Source: Bryobacterales bacterium (GTDB lineage: Bacteria > Acidobacteriota > Terriglobia > Bryobacterales > UBA6623). From it: DNA of 64,000 nt. Shown piece by piece: positions 27,079 to 38,707 of the stretch; the first letter of the stretch is position 1; each line of letters begins with the position of its first letter. The notes beneath the pieces were generated by a model. It saw nothing but the letters and a program-made list of their open reading frames with translations. It was not told the DNA's origin and did not search any database. A program made the translations under genes and the position numbers. The stretch spans positions 1,770 through 65,769 of the forward strand of contig JAPPLB010000016.1 of assembly GCA_028819575.1 (NCBI GenBank), given 5' to 3'.

Positions 27079-28224
27079 ATGACTGCTTCGCCCTCGGCAG
27101 AGAGTTCTCTCCACCCCGCCTTGAGGGTGTTGGTGGTTGTCTTGTTGCTGTTTCTTTTCTTGACGGGCGTCAAGGGACTTGGCGACGGATTCAAACTACT
27201 CGGTCAAGACCTGTTGGATTCGTTCTTTCGAGCCACCGAAAACCCTTTCGTGGCCTTGATGATCGGGATCCTCGCGACGACGCTGGTGCAGAGTTCCTCG
27301 GTCTCGACATCGATGATCGTGGGTCTGGTCGCCGCGCCGGAGAACCCGCTGCCCATCGAGAACGCCATCCCGATGGTTATGGGAACGAACATCGGAACGA
27401 CGGTCACGAATACCGTAGTTTCACTCGCCCATATGACCAGGCGCGACGAGTTTCAACGAGCCTTTGCGGTCGCGACCTGCCATGACTTTTTCAACTTCCT
27501 GACTGTCGCGGTGCTGCTCCCGTTGGAACTGGCGACGGGGCTTGGCCGCCGGGTCGCCACGGCCCTATCCGGTCTCGTGTCAGGAATGGGCGGAGTGGAC
27601 TACGACAGCCCTTTAAAGGGGGCGATCAGCGCGGGCATTGCCCCGTTGCACTGGCTGGCCGAAGCACTCGTGGAGAGCGGATCGTCGAGAGGCGCGTTCA
27701 TTGCCATCGGCAGCGCGTTAGTGATCATATCCGCGCTGGTGTTGCTGGTACGGGTGATGCGCGCCGCGATGCAATCCCAAATCGAGTCGAACGTAACCCG
27801 TTTCCTCGGCCGTCATGCACTGGTGGCGATTCTCTTCGGCGCGGTCGCCACGGTGATGGTTCAATCGAGCTCGATCACGACGTCGCTGCTGGTGCCGCTC
27901 GCCGGTGCGGGCCTGATAACCCTGAATCAGGCATTCCCGGTCACGCTGGGAGCGAATGTCGGCACGACGGTAACGGCTCTGCTGGCCTCGATGGCGGTTT
28001 CAGGCGCCAATGCCCAGGCCGGTATCATCATCGCTCTCGTGCATTTGCTGTTCAACGTCACTGGCATGGTGATGATCTACCCGATCCCTGCTGTTCGTGA
28101 GATTCCTCTGCGGCTGGCTCGCTGGTTCGCCGGCGTTGCCCGTCAGTCGCGGGGCTGGGCGGTGGTGTACATCGTTGTCCTGTTCTACGGGCTGCCGTCC
28201 CTGTTCGCGTTTCTGAGTCAGTAG
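27079..28224 (+). CDS. Na+/phosphate cotransporter family membrane protein
   Basis: Duplicated MGTNIGTTVTN / LGANVGTTVTA motifs and a multi-TM profile are typical of the Na_Pi_cotrans family. Confidence 0.8.
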   Translation: MTASPSAESSLHPALRVLVVVLLLFLFLTGVKGLGDGFKLLGQDLLDSFFRATENPFVALMIGILATTLVQSSSVSTSMIVGLVAAPENPLPIENAIPMVMGTNIGTTVTNTVVSLAHMTRRDEFQRAFAVATCHDFFNFLTVAVLLPLELATGLGRRVATALSGLVSGMGGVDYDSPLKGAISAGIAPLHWLAEALVESGSSRGAFIAIGSALVIISALVLLVRVMRAAMQSQIESNVTRFLGRHALVAILFGAVATVMVQSSSITTSLLVPLAGAGLITLNQAFPVTLGANVGTTVTALLASMAVSGANAQAGIIIALVHLLFNVTGMVMIYPIPAVREIPLRLARWFAGVARQSRGWAVVYIVVLFYGLPSLFAFLSQ

Positions 28225-28261
28225 GCGCCGGCCCGGTGTTAGAATCCGGTTGGGAGCTCCT

Positions 28262-28840
28262 GTGAGCGTCGCCGAGAAGCTGCTGACCTGGGAGGACATC
28301 AGGGATCTTCCTGAGTCTTACGGACGGACGGAGATTGTTGAGGGAGAATTAGTCGTGTCGCCGACTCCCGGTAGCCGGCATCAGGAAATCTGCTCCCGCC
28401 TGGGCTTCCACTTGATTCGATTCGTGGGAGAGCGGTGGCTCGGGCGGGTGTACACCAGCCCCCTGCACGTGATCTTGGCTGAGCACGTCCACTACGAACC
28501 GGACCTTTGTTTCGTTGCCCGCGCGCGGAGCGGGATCATCCGGGAGTCCTACGTCGACGGCCCGCCGGACTTGGCGATCGAGGTGATCTCCGAGACGAAC
28601 CGTACGCACGATACAGTGGTCAAGCACCGTGATTATGCGCGCTACGGCGTGCGGGAATATTGGCTTGTCGACCCGAGAGAAGAGACCTTGAGCTCATGGA
28701 CACTCCAGGCCGGCAGCTTTGCGCTTCTGGGGCGCGCCCGGCGCGGAGAAATCGTCGTCACGAACGTGCTGAGAGGTCTGGAGCTTGATCCGGCGCAGGT
28801 TTTCGACGATCCGTTCGCGTCGCAGGCCTCAGACGGTTAA
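28262..28840 (+). CDS. Uma2 (DUF820) family putative endonuclease
   Basis: EIVEGELVVSPTPGSRHQ ... PDLAIEVISE ... D...K...Y...GVREYWLVDP is the Uma2 PD-(D/E)xK layout. The GTG start was chosen because GGAG lies 5 nt upstream; the track ORF starts with TTG at 28250. Confidence 0.75.
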   Translation: MSVAEKLLTWEDIRDLPESYGRTEIVEGELVVSPTPGSRHQEICSRLGFHLIRFVGERWLGRVYTSPLHVILAEHVHYEPDLCFVARARSGIIRESYVDGPPDLAIEVISETNRTHDTVVKHRDYARYGVREYWLVDPREETLSSWTLQAGSFALLGRARRGEIVVTNVLRGLELDPAQVFDDPFASQASDG

Positions 28841-29776
28841 CCCCAGTTTCTCTTCCAGGTACTTCTTGCTGACAGTGGCGCTGTGCTTGGCGGTGGTGGC
28901 GGTCATGTCGAGTTCGACGGTCATCCAGCCTTTCCAACCATTGGCGTCGAGCTCTCTCTTGATGGCGGGGTAGTCGACGCCGCCCTTACCAAGCGGGAAG
29001 AAAATCAGATTGTCTTTGTGCGTGTTGACCGTGCCGCGCTCCATGTAGGGGCCCTTGTAGCCACCGCGGTTTTCCGGGGCGCAATCTTTCATGTGGAATT
29101 CGATGATACGCGAGACGTAATCCCTGGTGAGCCGCACCGGGTCCATGCCGGCCATCGTGGTGTGGCCAGTGTCGAGAATCATGTAGACGTGGCGCGGGTC
29201 GGTGAGCTCCATGATCGCGTCAACGTCCTCGCGCTTCTCGTATTGGTTCCACAAGTGATGGTGGATGCCGAACTGAATACCCACGTCGCTGATGCGGCGG
29301 CCGAGCTCGTTGAAAGCCGCGGCCATATTGCGATAGATCTCCGGCGTGTTGCCGCCCGGGTTTGAGCGGCCGCAGTTGATTTTGAGATGATCGCAGCCGA
29401 GTTTCTTGATGAAGCGGACCAGGCGCATGTGATCGTCGATGACTTCATCGTGCTGCCTGGGATCTTGAAAGTTCGTATTCATCTGCCCGCCGTTCGATAC
29501 GGTTTCCATCTTGAGATCGAGCTTGGCGAGGATGTCGATCAATTCCTCCGGACGGTCTTCCCACCTGTTGACGTAGGGCCAGAACGTTTCGATCCAGTGG
29601 TAACCCACTTCGGACGCTTCGCGGATGGATTTCAGGAAGTTCTCGGCCCCCGACCAGTCCGGGCGGGTGTTGGACGTGATGCCGACCGTGATGTCGGCTC
29701 CTCTGGCATGTAGAGGTGCGGTCGCGAGGGCGCCTCCGGCGGCGAGCAACGCTCGGCGAGTGAGCTGGAAAGGCAT
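28829..29776 (-). CDS. Tat-signal sugar phosphate isomerase/epimerase (xylose isomerase-like TIM barrel)
   Basis: TRRALLAAGGALATAPLHA is a Tat-like signal. The TIM-barrel family pattern is present (GYHWIE, HHHLWN, LDTGH, ...EFHMKD). Its 3' end overlaps the convergent Uma2 gene by 12 nt. Confidence 0.75.
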   Translation of the reverse strand: MPFQLTRRALLAAGGALATAPLHARGADITVGITSNTRPDWSGAENFLKSIREASEVGYHWIETFWPYVNRWEDRPEELIDILAKLDLKMETVSNGGQMNTNFQDPRQHDEVIDDHMRLVRFIKKLGCDHLKINCGRSNPGGNTPEIYRNMAAAFNELGRRISDVGIQFGIHHHLWNQYEKREDVDAIMELTDPRHVYMILDTGHTTMAGMDPVRLTRDYVSRIIEFHMKDCAPENRGGYKGPYMERGTVNTHKDNLIFFPLGKGGVDYPAIKRELDANGWKGWMTVELDMTATTAKHSATVSKKYLEEKLGLTV

Positions 29777-29858
29777 AGTGACTCCTTGAGAGAACGTCCG
29801 GCTCTAGTATAGGGCTGCCCGGTACATGGCGATGCGCAAAGGAGCAGGCTCGGTGCTA

Positions 29859-30036
29859 GCCTGTATTTCTCACCACCCGACGGTCGAAGCACGCGATACG
29901 ACCGCCATGACGTCGTTGCGCTTGCTTGCCGTGCTCAATGTACCGCCAAGTACACCTGCGCGCGCCAAGCGGCGTTCGCCTCGTCCTGACGGCCCTCTCA
30001 CGCACTTCGCCTCGCCACGTGATGAGAAAAACAGGC
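29859..30036 (+). repeat. Compact (178 bp) copy of the palindromic MITE-like element
   Basis: Terminal inverted repeats are GCCTGTATTTCTCACCAC ... GTGATGAGAAAAACAGGC. The arms are shared with the copies at 5386, 56195 and 63014. TA dinucleotides flank both ends. Confidence 0.85.
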
Positions 30037-30058
30037 TAGAATCCGACCGAGGCCGGCC

Positions 30059-31714
30059 ATGCCGAATTTACATTTCCGTCCATTCCACCGTGTGTACTTG
30101 TTGATCCTGTTTGCTTTTCTGCTCGGGTACTCACAGGTGCGCGACTCGTCGCTGCGTCCGGATTTTTCGGCGAAGCTGACGGTGGTCACGCGGCGAGCTG
30201 ATACCGGCGAGACGGTTCCGTCGCGGGTTTACCTGTTCAAGGGCAACCGGCCCTATCGGCTGAGCCCGGTGGACGCGATGCTGCCGCTTCGTGCTGATAC
30301 CTACTACCGCGAGCGGCTTTGGCGGCAGGACCGCGATTTGAAAGTGCTGGAAGTGACGGCTCGCGACGCATCGCACTTCATCCTGTTGGACGGCCGGGCC
30401 GCGTTCAACCTGCCGCGCTCCCGAACGGACCAGAACGAGAAGTACCGCCTGGAGGCCTATCACGGGATGTTTTTCGAGCCGGCGGAGATCGAGTTCACCT
30501 TGCAGGCCGAAGAGGAGAAAACCATCAGCGTCGACCTCAAGCCGATTGCGCCGGGCCGGCAAGACGAGTGGCTGGCTGCCGACGACCACATCCACTTGAT
30601 GCGTGCTCAGGAAGACGACGAGCTATTCCTCAAATGGCTGCAGGCGGAAGACTTGGCGGTCGGGAACTTCCTGGAGTTGCAGCGCCAGCAACACGCCGCG
30701 TTGCAATATGCCTTCGGGCGCAAGGGCGAGGCTCGCGAAACAGGGTTCTCGATCCGCTCCGGGCATGAGACGCGCAGCCGTTTTTACGGGCACACGCTTG
30801 TGCTCGGGCCTGAGCAGATGATACGGCCGCTCAGCATAGGGCATATCTACGCGAATTCGCCGGCAGCCTATCCGTTTCCTACGGTTTTCTTTCAGCAGGG
30901 GCGGGACAGCGGCGGCGTGGTCGGCTTCGCGCATTTCGACGGCGCCATGGCGAACTCGACGTTGATCATGAACCTGGCTCGGAAGACGATCGATTTCATT
31001 GAGTTGTTTCAGTTTGGGGTCTTGCACACGGATCGCTGGTATGAGTTGCTCAACGCGGGGTTCCGTGTCGTGGGGATCGCGGGGAGTGACTTCCCGGCCA
31101 GCCTGAGGAATGACTGGCCGCGCATCTTTCCTCTATTGGGTCCGGAGCGGGCGCTCGTGAAAGCGGAGCCGGGTGAGTCAGCGTATGACGCATGGGAGGA
31201 AGGGGTTCGCCAGGGGGCGGTGTTGGTTTCGAACGGTCCGTTGCTCGAATTTACGGTCAACGGCAAGTCGTCGGGAGCGACCGAGTCCTGGTCGGGAAGT
31301 TCGAAAGTCCTGAAGGGCGAGGCGAGAGTGGTGTTCCACCGACCGATTGAGAAGCTGGAGATCGTGGTGAACGGGCGTGTGGTCGCGACCCGAGGAGGCG
31401 ACACGAAAAAGACCGCGTTGCAGCTTCCGTTCGAGACCGAGGTGACGGAGAGTTCATGGATCGCGGCGCGGGCGAGCGCTCTGCACCGCGAAGGAGAGTA
31501 CGAGATTTGGGCGCACGCCAACCCGGCCTATTTTCTGAAGGATGATGCGCCGGTCTACGTGGAAGCGGATCGGGCGGCCGTGCGTGAGCGCTGGGAGAAG
31601 GAGGCCGAGTACTATCGCAACCCCTCGCTCGTGTTCGAGCAGGAAGAGCAGCGCCAGCATCTGCTCCGGATTGTGGAAGAGACGCGGGCGATACTGGCGA
31701 GGCCGGCCGACTGA
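30059..31714 (+). CDS. Secreted hypothetical protein, possibly a metal-dependent hydrolase (amidohydrolase/PHP/CehA-like)
   Basis: Signal-like N-terminus VYLLILFAFLLGYS. Possible metal ligand blocks are ADDHIHL, GFAHFDG and GIAGSDFP. The family assignment is tentative. Confidence 0.6.
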   Translation: MPNLHFRPFHRVYLLILFAFLLGYSQVRDSSLRPDFSAKLTVVTRRADTGETVPSRVYLFKGNRPYRLSPVDAMLPLRADTYYRERLWRQDRDLKVLEVTARDASHFILLDGRAAFNLPRSRTDQNEKYRLEAYHGMFFEPAEIEFTLQAEEEKTISVDLKPIAPGRQDEWLAADDHIHLMRAQEDDELFLKWLQAEDLAVGNFLELQRQQHAALQYAFGRKGEARETGFSIRSGHETRSRFYGHTLVLGPEQMIRPLSIGHIYANSPAAYPFPTVFFQQGRDSGGVVGFAHFDGAMANSTLIMNLARKTIDFIELFQFGVLHTDRWYELLNAGFRVVGIAGSDFPASLRNDWPRIFPLLGPERALVKAEPGESAYDAWEEGVRQGAVLVSNGPLLEFTVNGKSSGATESWSGSSKVLKGEARVVFHRPIEKLEIVVNGRVVATRGGDTKKTALQLPFETEVTESSWIAARASALHREGEYEIWAHANPAYFLKDDAPVYVEADRAAVRERWEKEAEYYRNPSLVFEQEEQRQHLLRIVEETRAILARPAD

Positions 31715-31726
31715 TGTTTCTTCGCT

Positions 31727-32131
31727 TCAGGCGACCTGGTTGCGGTGGTATTTCAGGATGCAGCGATTCTCGATGACTGTGAGACCCGCAGCGTAAGCGC
31801 GTCCCGCCGCGGCGTGATCATAGACACCCTCTTGCATCCAGACGCACTTCGCTCCCAACCGGATTGCCGAGTCGACAATCGCACCGACGTGCTCCGGTTT
31901 CCTGAAAATGTTGACAATGTCGATCTCTTCCGGCATGTCCTCCAAACGCCGATAGGCCTTCTCTCCGAGGGATGCCTCAATGTTCGGGTTTACGGGGATA
32001 ATGCGATAGCCCTGCTTCTGCATGTAGCTGCTGACGCCGTAGCTGGGACGCCAGGGCTTATCCGAGAGGCCCACGACCGCGATGGTCTTGGCGGCGGCGA
32101 GCACTTTGGCGATTTGATCGTCGTTGGTCAT
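31727..32131 (-). CDS. CoA-binding domain protein (YccU/YneT-like)
   Basis: IAVVGLSDKPWRPSYGVSSYMQKQGYRIIPVNP is the family hallmark. The start is set at the internal ATG (MTNDDQIAKVL). Confidence 0.8.
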   Translation of the reverse strand: MTNDDQIAKVLAAAKTIAVVGLSDKPWRPSYGVSSYMQKQGYRIIPVNPNIEASLGEKAYRRLEDMPEEIDIVNIFRKPEHVGAIVDSAIRLGAKCVWMQEGVYDHAAAGRAYAAGLTVIENRCILKYHRNQVA

Positions 32132-32159
32132 CTTTCTTGGCGAGGCTCCGTGAAGGTGG

Positions 32160-32882
32160 CTAGGGTTTGGGGTCGGCTGCGAGACGTTGCACTTCACGCT
32201 CGGTCAGGAGGCGGTGTTTGCCGACGGGCAGAGTTCCGAGGCCCAATGGGCCGATCTTGACTCTCTTGATTTTCCCTACCAGATAGCCGAAGCGCAGGAA
32301 CATGCGGCGGATTTGCTGATTGCGGCCTTCCGTGAGCACCACCTCGAACCATGGGTTTTCTCCTGAGCGGATACGCTTGATCCGAGCCGGTGCGGTGGAG
32401 CGGCCGTCCAGCCGAATGCCGTTCCGAAGCTTTTGCAGTTCCTCTTCGGAAGGGTTGCCTTTGATCTTCACACGGTAGGTCTTCGGGATCTTGTTTTTGG
32501 CCGATAAGACGTGATTCGCAAAGTCTCCGTCGTTGGTGAAAAGCAACAGGCCTTCGCTTGCGTAGTCGAGCCGGCCGATCGGATACACACGCGAGCGATA
32601 GCGTCCCAGCAACGACATCACCGTCGAGCGGCCGTTCGGGTCGGAGGTCGAACTGATATAGCCCCGCGGCTTGTTGAGCATCAAGTAGACTCTTGATCCG
32701 ATTGAAGAAGCGAGACGCTTGCCGTTGACTTTGATGGAATCCCGTTCGGGGTCGGCCTTCGTGCCGAGTGCCGTGACGACTTCACCGTTCACGACCACGC
32801 GCCCCAAGGTAATCAATTCCTCGGCCTTGCGGCGGGAAGTGACCCCGGCTCGAGCAATGATTTTTTGTAAACGCTGCTGCAC
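32160..32882 (-). CDS. Pseudouridine synthase, RsuA/RluB family, with an S4 domain
   Basis: RLQKIIARAGVTSRRKAEELI..GRV.VNG is the S4 domain and GRLDYASEGLLLFTNDG is the catalytic Asp block. A GTG start at 32882 is proposed so the gene does not overlap the upstream Rieske gene. Confidence 0.75.
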   Translation of the reverse strand: MQQRLQKIIARAGVTSRRKAEELITLGRVVVNGEVVTALGTKADPERDSIKVNGKRLASSIGSRVYLMLNKPRGYISSTSDPNGRSTVMSLLGRYRSRVYPIGRLDYASEGLLLFTNDGDFANHVLSAKNKIPKTYRVKIKGNPSEEELQKLRNGIRLDGRSTAPARIKRIRSGENPWFEVVLTEGRNQQIRRMFLRFGYLVGKIKRVKIGPLGLGTLPVGKHRLLTEREVQRLAADPKP

Positions 32883-32917
32883 GTCTCTCGGCTGAACGGC
32901 GAACGGAAACCGCAGGC

Positions 32918-34039
32918 CTAACTGCGCCAGCGGAGTGTGACCGGACCGTCCATGGGGTGCTTCATCGGCACTCCATCCCGCTTTGATTCGAGATAAGCCT
33001 TCTTCAACTGAAAGTACCACTTGGCGGGACGGTCGGCGTCGTCGATCAGCATCAGAGCCGGGTCATGTTTGAGTCCGATGGACTGTTTCTCCATGGTGCG
33101 CTGATCCTGACCGATGAATCTGTTGCCGAACCAGCGCAGGACCGGTGTGAGGAACGGGACCCACCGGAAGATGTTCCAGGCGGCGACGAAGTCGATGCGG
33201 CAGCGGTCATGGGTCTCGGGCGTCACCGTTGTCTGGCTCGAGAACCAGTAGTCGCCGCAGTGGATCTCTTCGCGGCGGATGTTCGGCAACTCGAACGAGA
33301 TCGTCGTCAGCGGCTTACCGTAAACGCCCAGGAGCTTGTATGGCGCGCTGTTGGACGACGGGGCGTGCGCCCGCATGCGAAAGCCGTTAGGAAGCGGTTC
33401 GAAGATCTTCTGTTTCTCGTGGATGCTACGGCGTCCCCGCCACCACCACGCTTGGTGCACGAATGGCCCGTGAGCCGGGTCCATCAGCCCGATAATACCG
33501 TGGTCGATGCTGCAAGGAAGGTGGGCAAACAGTTGCTCCCTGTTGTAGGTGTCGCTGAAGACCGGCAATCGGGGCGCCGGCTCCCGAGCGGACCGCGACC
33601 CCGGATGCGTCATGTATACCCAGACGTAGCCGTCATGCTCCTCGGACGGAAAGCTCTTCGCGCGGATACGTCCGACGTCGAGATCCTGGTCGGGCATGAG
33701 TGAAGGGATCTCATGGCAACGCCCGGTATGGCCGTCAAACTTCCAGCCGTGATACGAGCACTCGATCAACTCGCCGTCGAACCAGCCCTCGGTGAACGGC
33801 ATGCCGCGATGAGGACAACTGTCACGGACAACGAACACTCGCCCCTTCTTATCGCGGCCTGCTGCCAGAGGAACTCCCAGCAGCGTCGCGCCCTGAAGCT
33901 TGCCCGCTTTGACCTGACTGCTTCTCAGCGCCGGGTACCAGGAGTCGAGGCACCAGTCCGTGTCGGCGGGCTTGGTGGGGATGCTCCGAGATGCTTCCGG
34001 GACAGGTCCGTTCCGCCTCGTCTGAGCCTCCGGCCCCAT
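32918..34039 (-). CDS. Rieske [2Fe-2S] domain oxygenase (PaO/ring-hydroxylating-like)
   Basis: CPHRGMPF...CSYHGWKF is the Rieske motif. The start is set at the first ATG; the track ORF starts with TTG at 34084. Confidence 0.8.
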   Translation of the reverse strand: MGPEAQTRRNGPVPEASRSIPTKPADTDWCLDSWYPALRSSQVKAGKLQGATLLGVPLAAGRDKKGRVFVVRDSCPHRGMPFTEGWFDGELIECSYHGWKFDGHTGRCHEIPSLMPDQDLDVGRIRAKSFPSEEHDGYVWVYMTHPGSRSAREPAPRLPVFSDTYNREQLFAHLPCSIDHGIIGLMDPAHGPFVHQAWWWRGRRSIHEKQKIFEPLPNGFRMRAHAPSSNSAPYKLLGVYGKPLTTISFELPNIRREEIHCGDYWFSSQTTVTPETHDRCRIDFVAAWNIFRWVPFLTPVLRWFGNRFIGQDQRTMEKQSIGLKHDPALMLIDDADRPAKWYFQLKKAYLESKRDGVPMKHPMDGPVTLRWRS

Positions 34040-34248
34040 TTCAACCGGACTATAGCATAGGGTGGTAAGTGGCCTGGGGATCAAGCGGTCCCAAGTCTAC
34101 GTGCGGTCCTCTGGCCCGCCAACACGGAGTGCCGCGCAACGCCGCGTCTGCGCGGCATGCAGGGGGCAACATGTCGTCCACGCGCGGCGCCCAAGGACGT
34201 AACCGGGCATGGCGAAACCGAACCCGGGGCGATGCTTCCGGGGTCGTG

Positions 34249-36933
<2,685 letters not shown>

Positions 36934-36996
36934 GACGAGCAAGTTTCCCTTATTTGGGGCAAAACGCCCATTAGCACCGAGTTGAAAGGAAGAGTG

Positions 36997-37013
36997 GATG
37001 CGCGAGCCGCATC
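36997..37013 (-). terminator. Candidate hairpin downstream of the permease gene
   Basis: GATGCG-n5-CGCATC stem. On the minus strand it is followed by CACTCTTCCTTTC, which is only moderately T-rich. Confidence 0.25.
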
Positions 37014-37066
37014 CCCATCCTCATCTTCTCAGTTCGTGTCGGCGGGAGACAAGACTTGACCGCCGG

Positions 37067-38449
37067 TCAATCGGGGTCGGCGGGGTGCGTCTTGAGGTAG
37101 AAGTGATAGGCGACGGCGCCGGCGAGGATCGTGAGCAATGCCCAGGTTGCTTCCTGCGGCTTGTTCGAGACGAAGTAGCTGAAGATCAAGAGATTGACGC
37201 CGATGTAGAGCGCTGGGACAGTTGGATAGGCGAAGCTGACCCAGCCGATGGGCTTCCAGTCCGGTCGCCTGCGGAACCTGAACAGCGCCAGGACGGAGAG
37301 AGCACTGAACAGGTTCAGCGTGAATCCGATGTAGTAGAGCAATGTTTCGAACGTGCCGGTCAAGATGAGCAGGCAGCAACAAGCGCCCTGCGCGAGAACG
37401 GCCACCCACGGACTCTTCCACTTGGGATGCGTCTTGCCGGCGATCGCCAGGAACGCGCGATTGCGGGCCATGGCGTAGTAGACGCGAGGTCCGATGAGGC
37501 ACATGGCGTTGACGGTCGCCAGCAGCGAGGCGGTCATGGCGGCGGCGAAGAAACCCGCTGCACCCGGTCCGAACAGGGCGGCGGATGCAGTGGCGCCGAC
37601 GGCCAGCTTGCCGGCCATTTGCTCCAGGGGGTTGGCGTAGATGTAGAGACAGTTCAGTGCAACGAAGAACACGGCTACGAGCAGCGTGCCGCAGAGGAGG
37701 GCTCGGGGCAGGGTCTTCTCGGGCTCGCGGATTTCTTCGGCGACATAGACCGCGGCGTTCCAACCGCTATAGCCGAGATAAATGAAGACGAGGGAGATCG
37801 CGAACTGTGCTCCGACGGGCAACGAAGAGCCGCGTTGGGCGGCTTGAGAAAAGTGATCCCAACCGCCGTCGCCCACGCTGAAGCCAATGACCAGAAAAGC
37901 CAGCAGAACGAGTAGTTTCACTGCCGTCAAGACGTTCTGGAGCGCCGCCACCCTCGACACGTTGAAAACGTTGAGGACGGTGAAGATCACCACGACGGCG
38001 CAGGCGGTGAGTTGCGCCCCACCGAGTTGGATCGTGAGGGAGCCCAGGCTCAGCAGCGATGTGGCGGCGGCTTCCTGACCGAGGAGCGGGAAGAAGTAGG
38101 CGAGGTACGCCGAGATGGCCAGCGCCGCGACGGCGATGGGCGCCGAGAACCCTGCGAAAAACGTTACCCAGCCATCGATGAAACCCCAGGCCGGCCCCCA
38201 GGCTTCGGTGAGATAGATGTATTCACCTCCCGAACGCGGGAAGTTGACGCCGAGTTCCGAATAGCAGAGCGCGCCGATGACGGCGATGGCAGCTCCTACG
38301 AACCAGATCCCGATGACGAGAGTAGGCGTGCCGAGGTCGCCCGCCAGGAAGGCGGGGATCGTAAAGATGCCGGTGCCGATCATGTTCGACACGACGATGG
38401 CGGTGGCGCTGACGAAACCGATGCGGCGGACGAGAGGGGAGTCAGTCAA
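37067..38449 (-). CDS. APC-superfamily amino acid permease
   Basis: 12-TM profile. The N-terminal block VSATAIVVSNMIGTGIF is typical of amino acid/polyamine permeases. Confidence 0.8.
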   Translation of the reverse strand: MTDSPLVRRIGFVSATAIVVSNMIGTGIFTIPAFLAGDLGTPTLVIGIWFVGAAIAVIGALCYSELGVNFPRSGGEYIYLTEAWGPAWGFIDGWVTFFAGFSAPIAVAALAISAYLAYFFPLLGQEAAATSLLSLGSLTIQLGGAQLTACAVVVIFTVLNVFNVSRVAALQNVLTAVKLLVLLAFLVIGFSVGDGGWDHFSQAAQRGSSLPVGAQFAISLVFIYLGYSGWNAAVYVAEEIREPEKTLPRALLCGTLLVAVFFVALNCLYIYANPLEQMAGKLAVGATASAALFGPGAAGFFAAAMTASLLATVNAMCLIGPRVYYAMARNRAFLAIAGKTHPKWKSPWVAVLAQGACCCLLILTGTFETLLYYIGFTLNLFSALSVLALFRFRRRPDWKPIGWVSFAYPTVPALYIGVNLLIFSYFVSNKPQEATWALLTILAGAVAYHFYLKTHPADPD

Positions 38450-38707
38450 TGGGCCTTATCTGCTTGCGGAGATAGAGAGACTGTCTTTGGCGAAACGGGA
38501 AGGCGAAGCCGCCGCCCATCCAAGGTTAACAGCTTGAAACAGATCAGGCTGTGCCAAGACATGCGGAGATGTGGCTTAGAGTCCGGCGGGAAAAGCCGAT
38601 CCAAAGCAATGGACCCCCGGCAGGGTTGACGCTCCATGCTGAAACCGGCCACTCCAACACGGAATGGCCTGATCGACCCAGGACCTGCGCTACAATCCTG
38701 CGAGCCT

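Noticed and set aside
29826-30104. Short ORFs running through the repeat copies, with recurring peptides such as ACISHHPTVEARD and PLTHFASPRGEKCR. Examples: 29826..30104, 55916..56245, 56345..56644, 62870..63079 and the 5' part of 63090..63860.
   Set aside because: The recurrence simply reflects repeated DNA. Frames are not preserved between copies, indels of non-multiples of 3 occur, and the sequence is palindromic. They are not protein genes.
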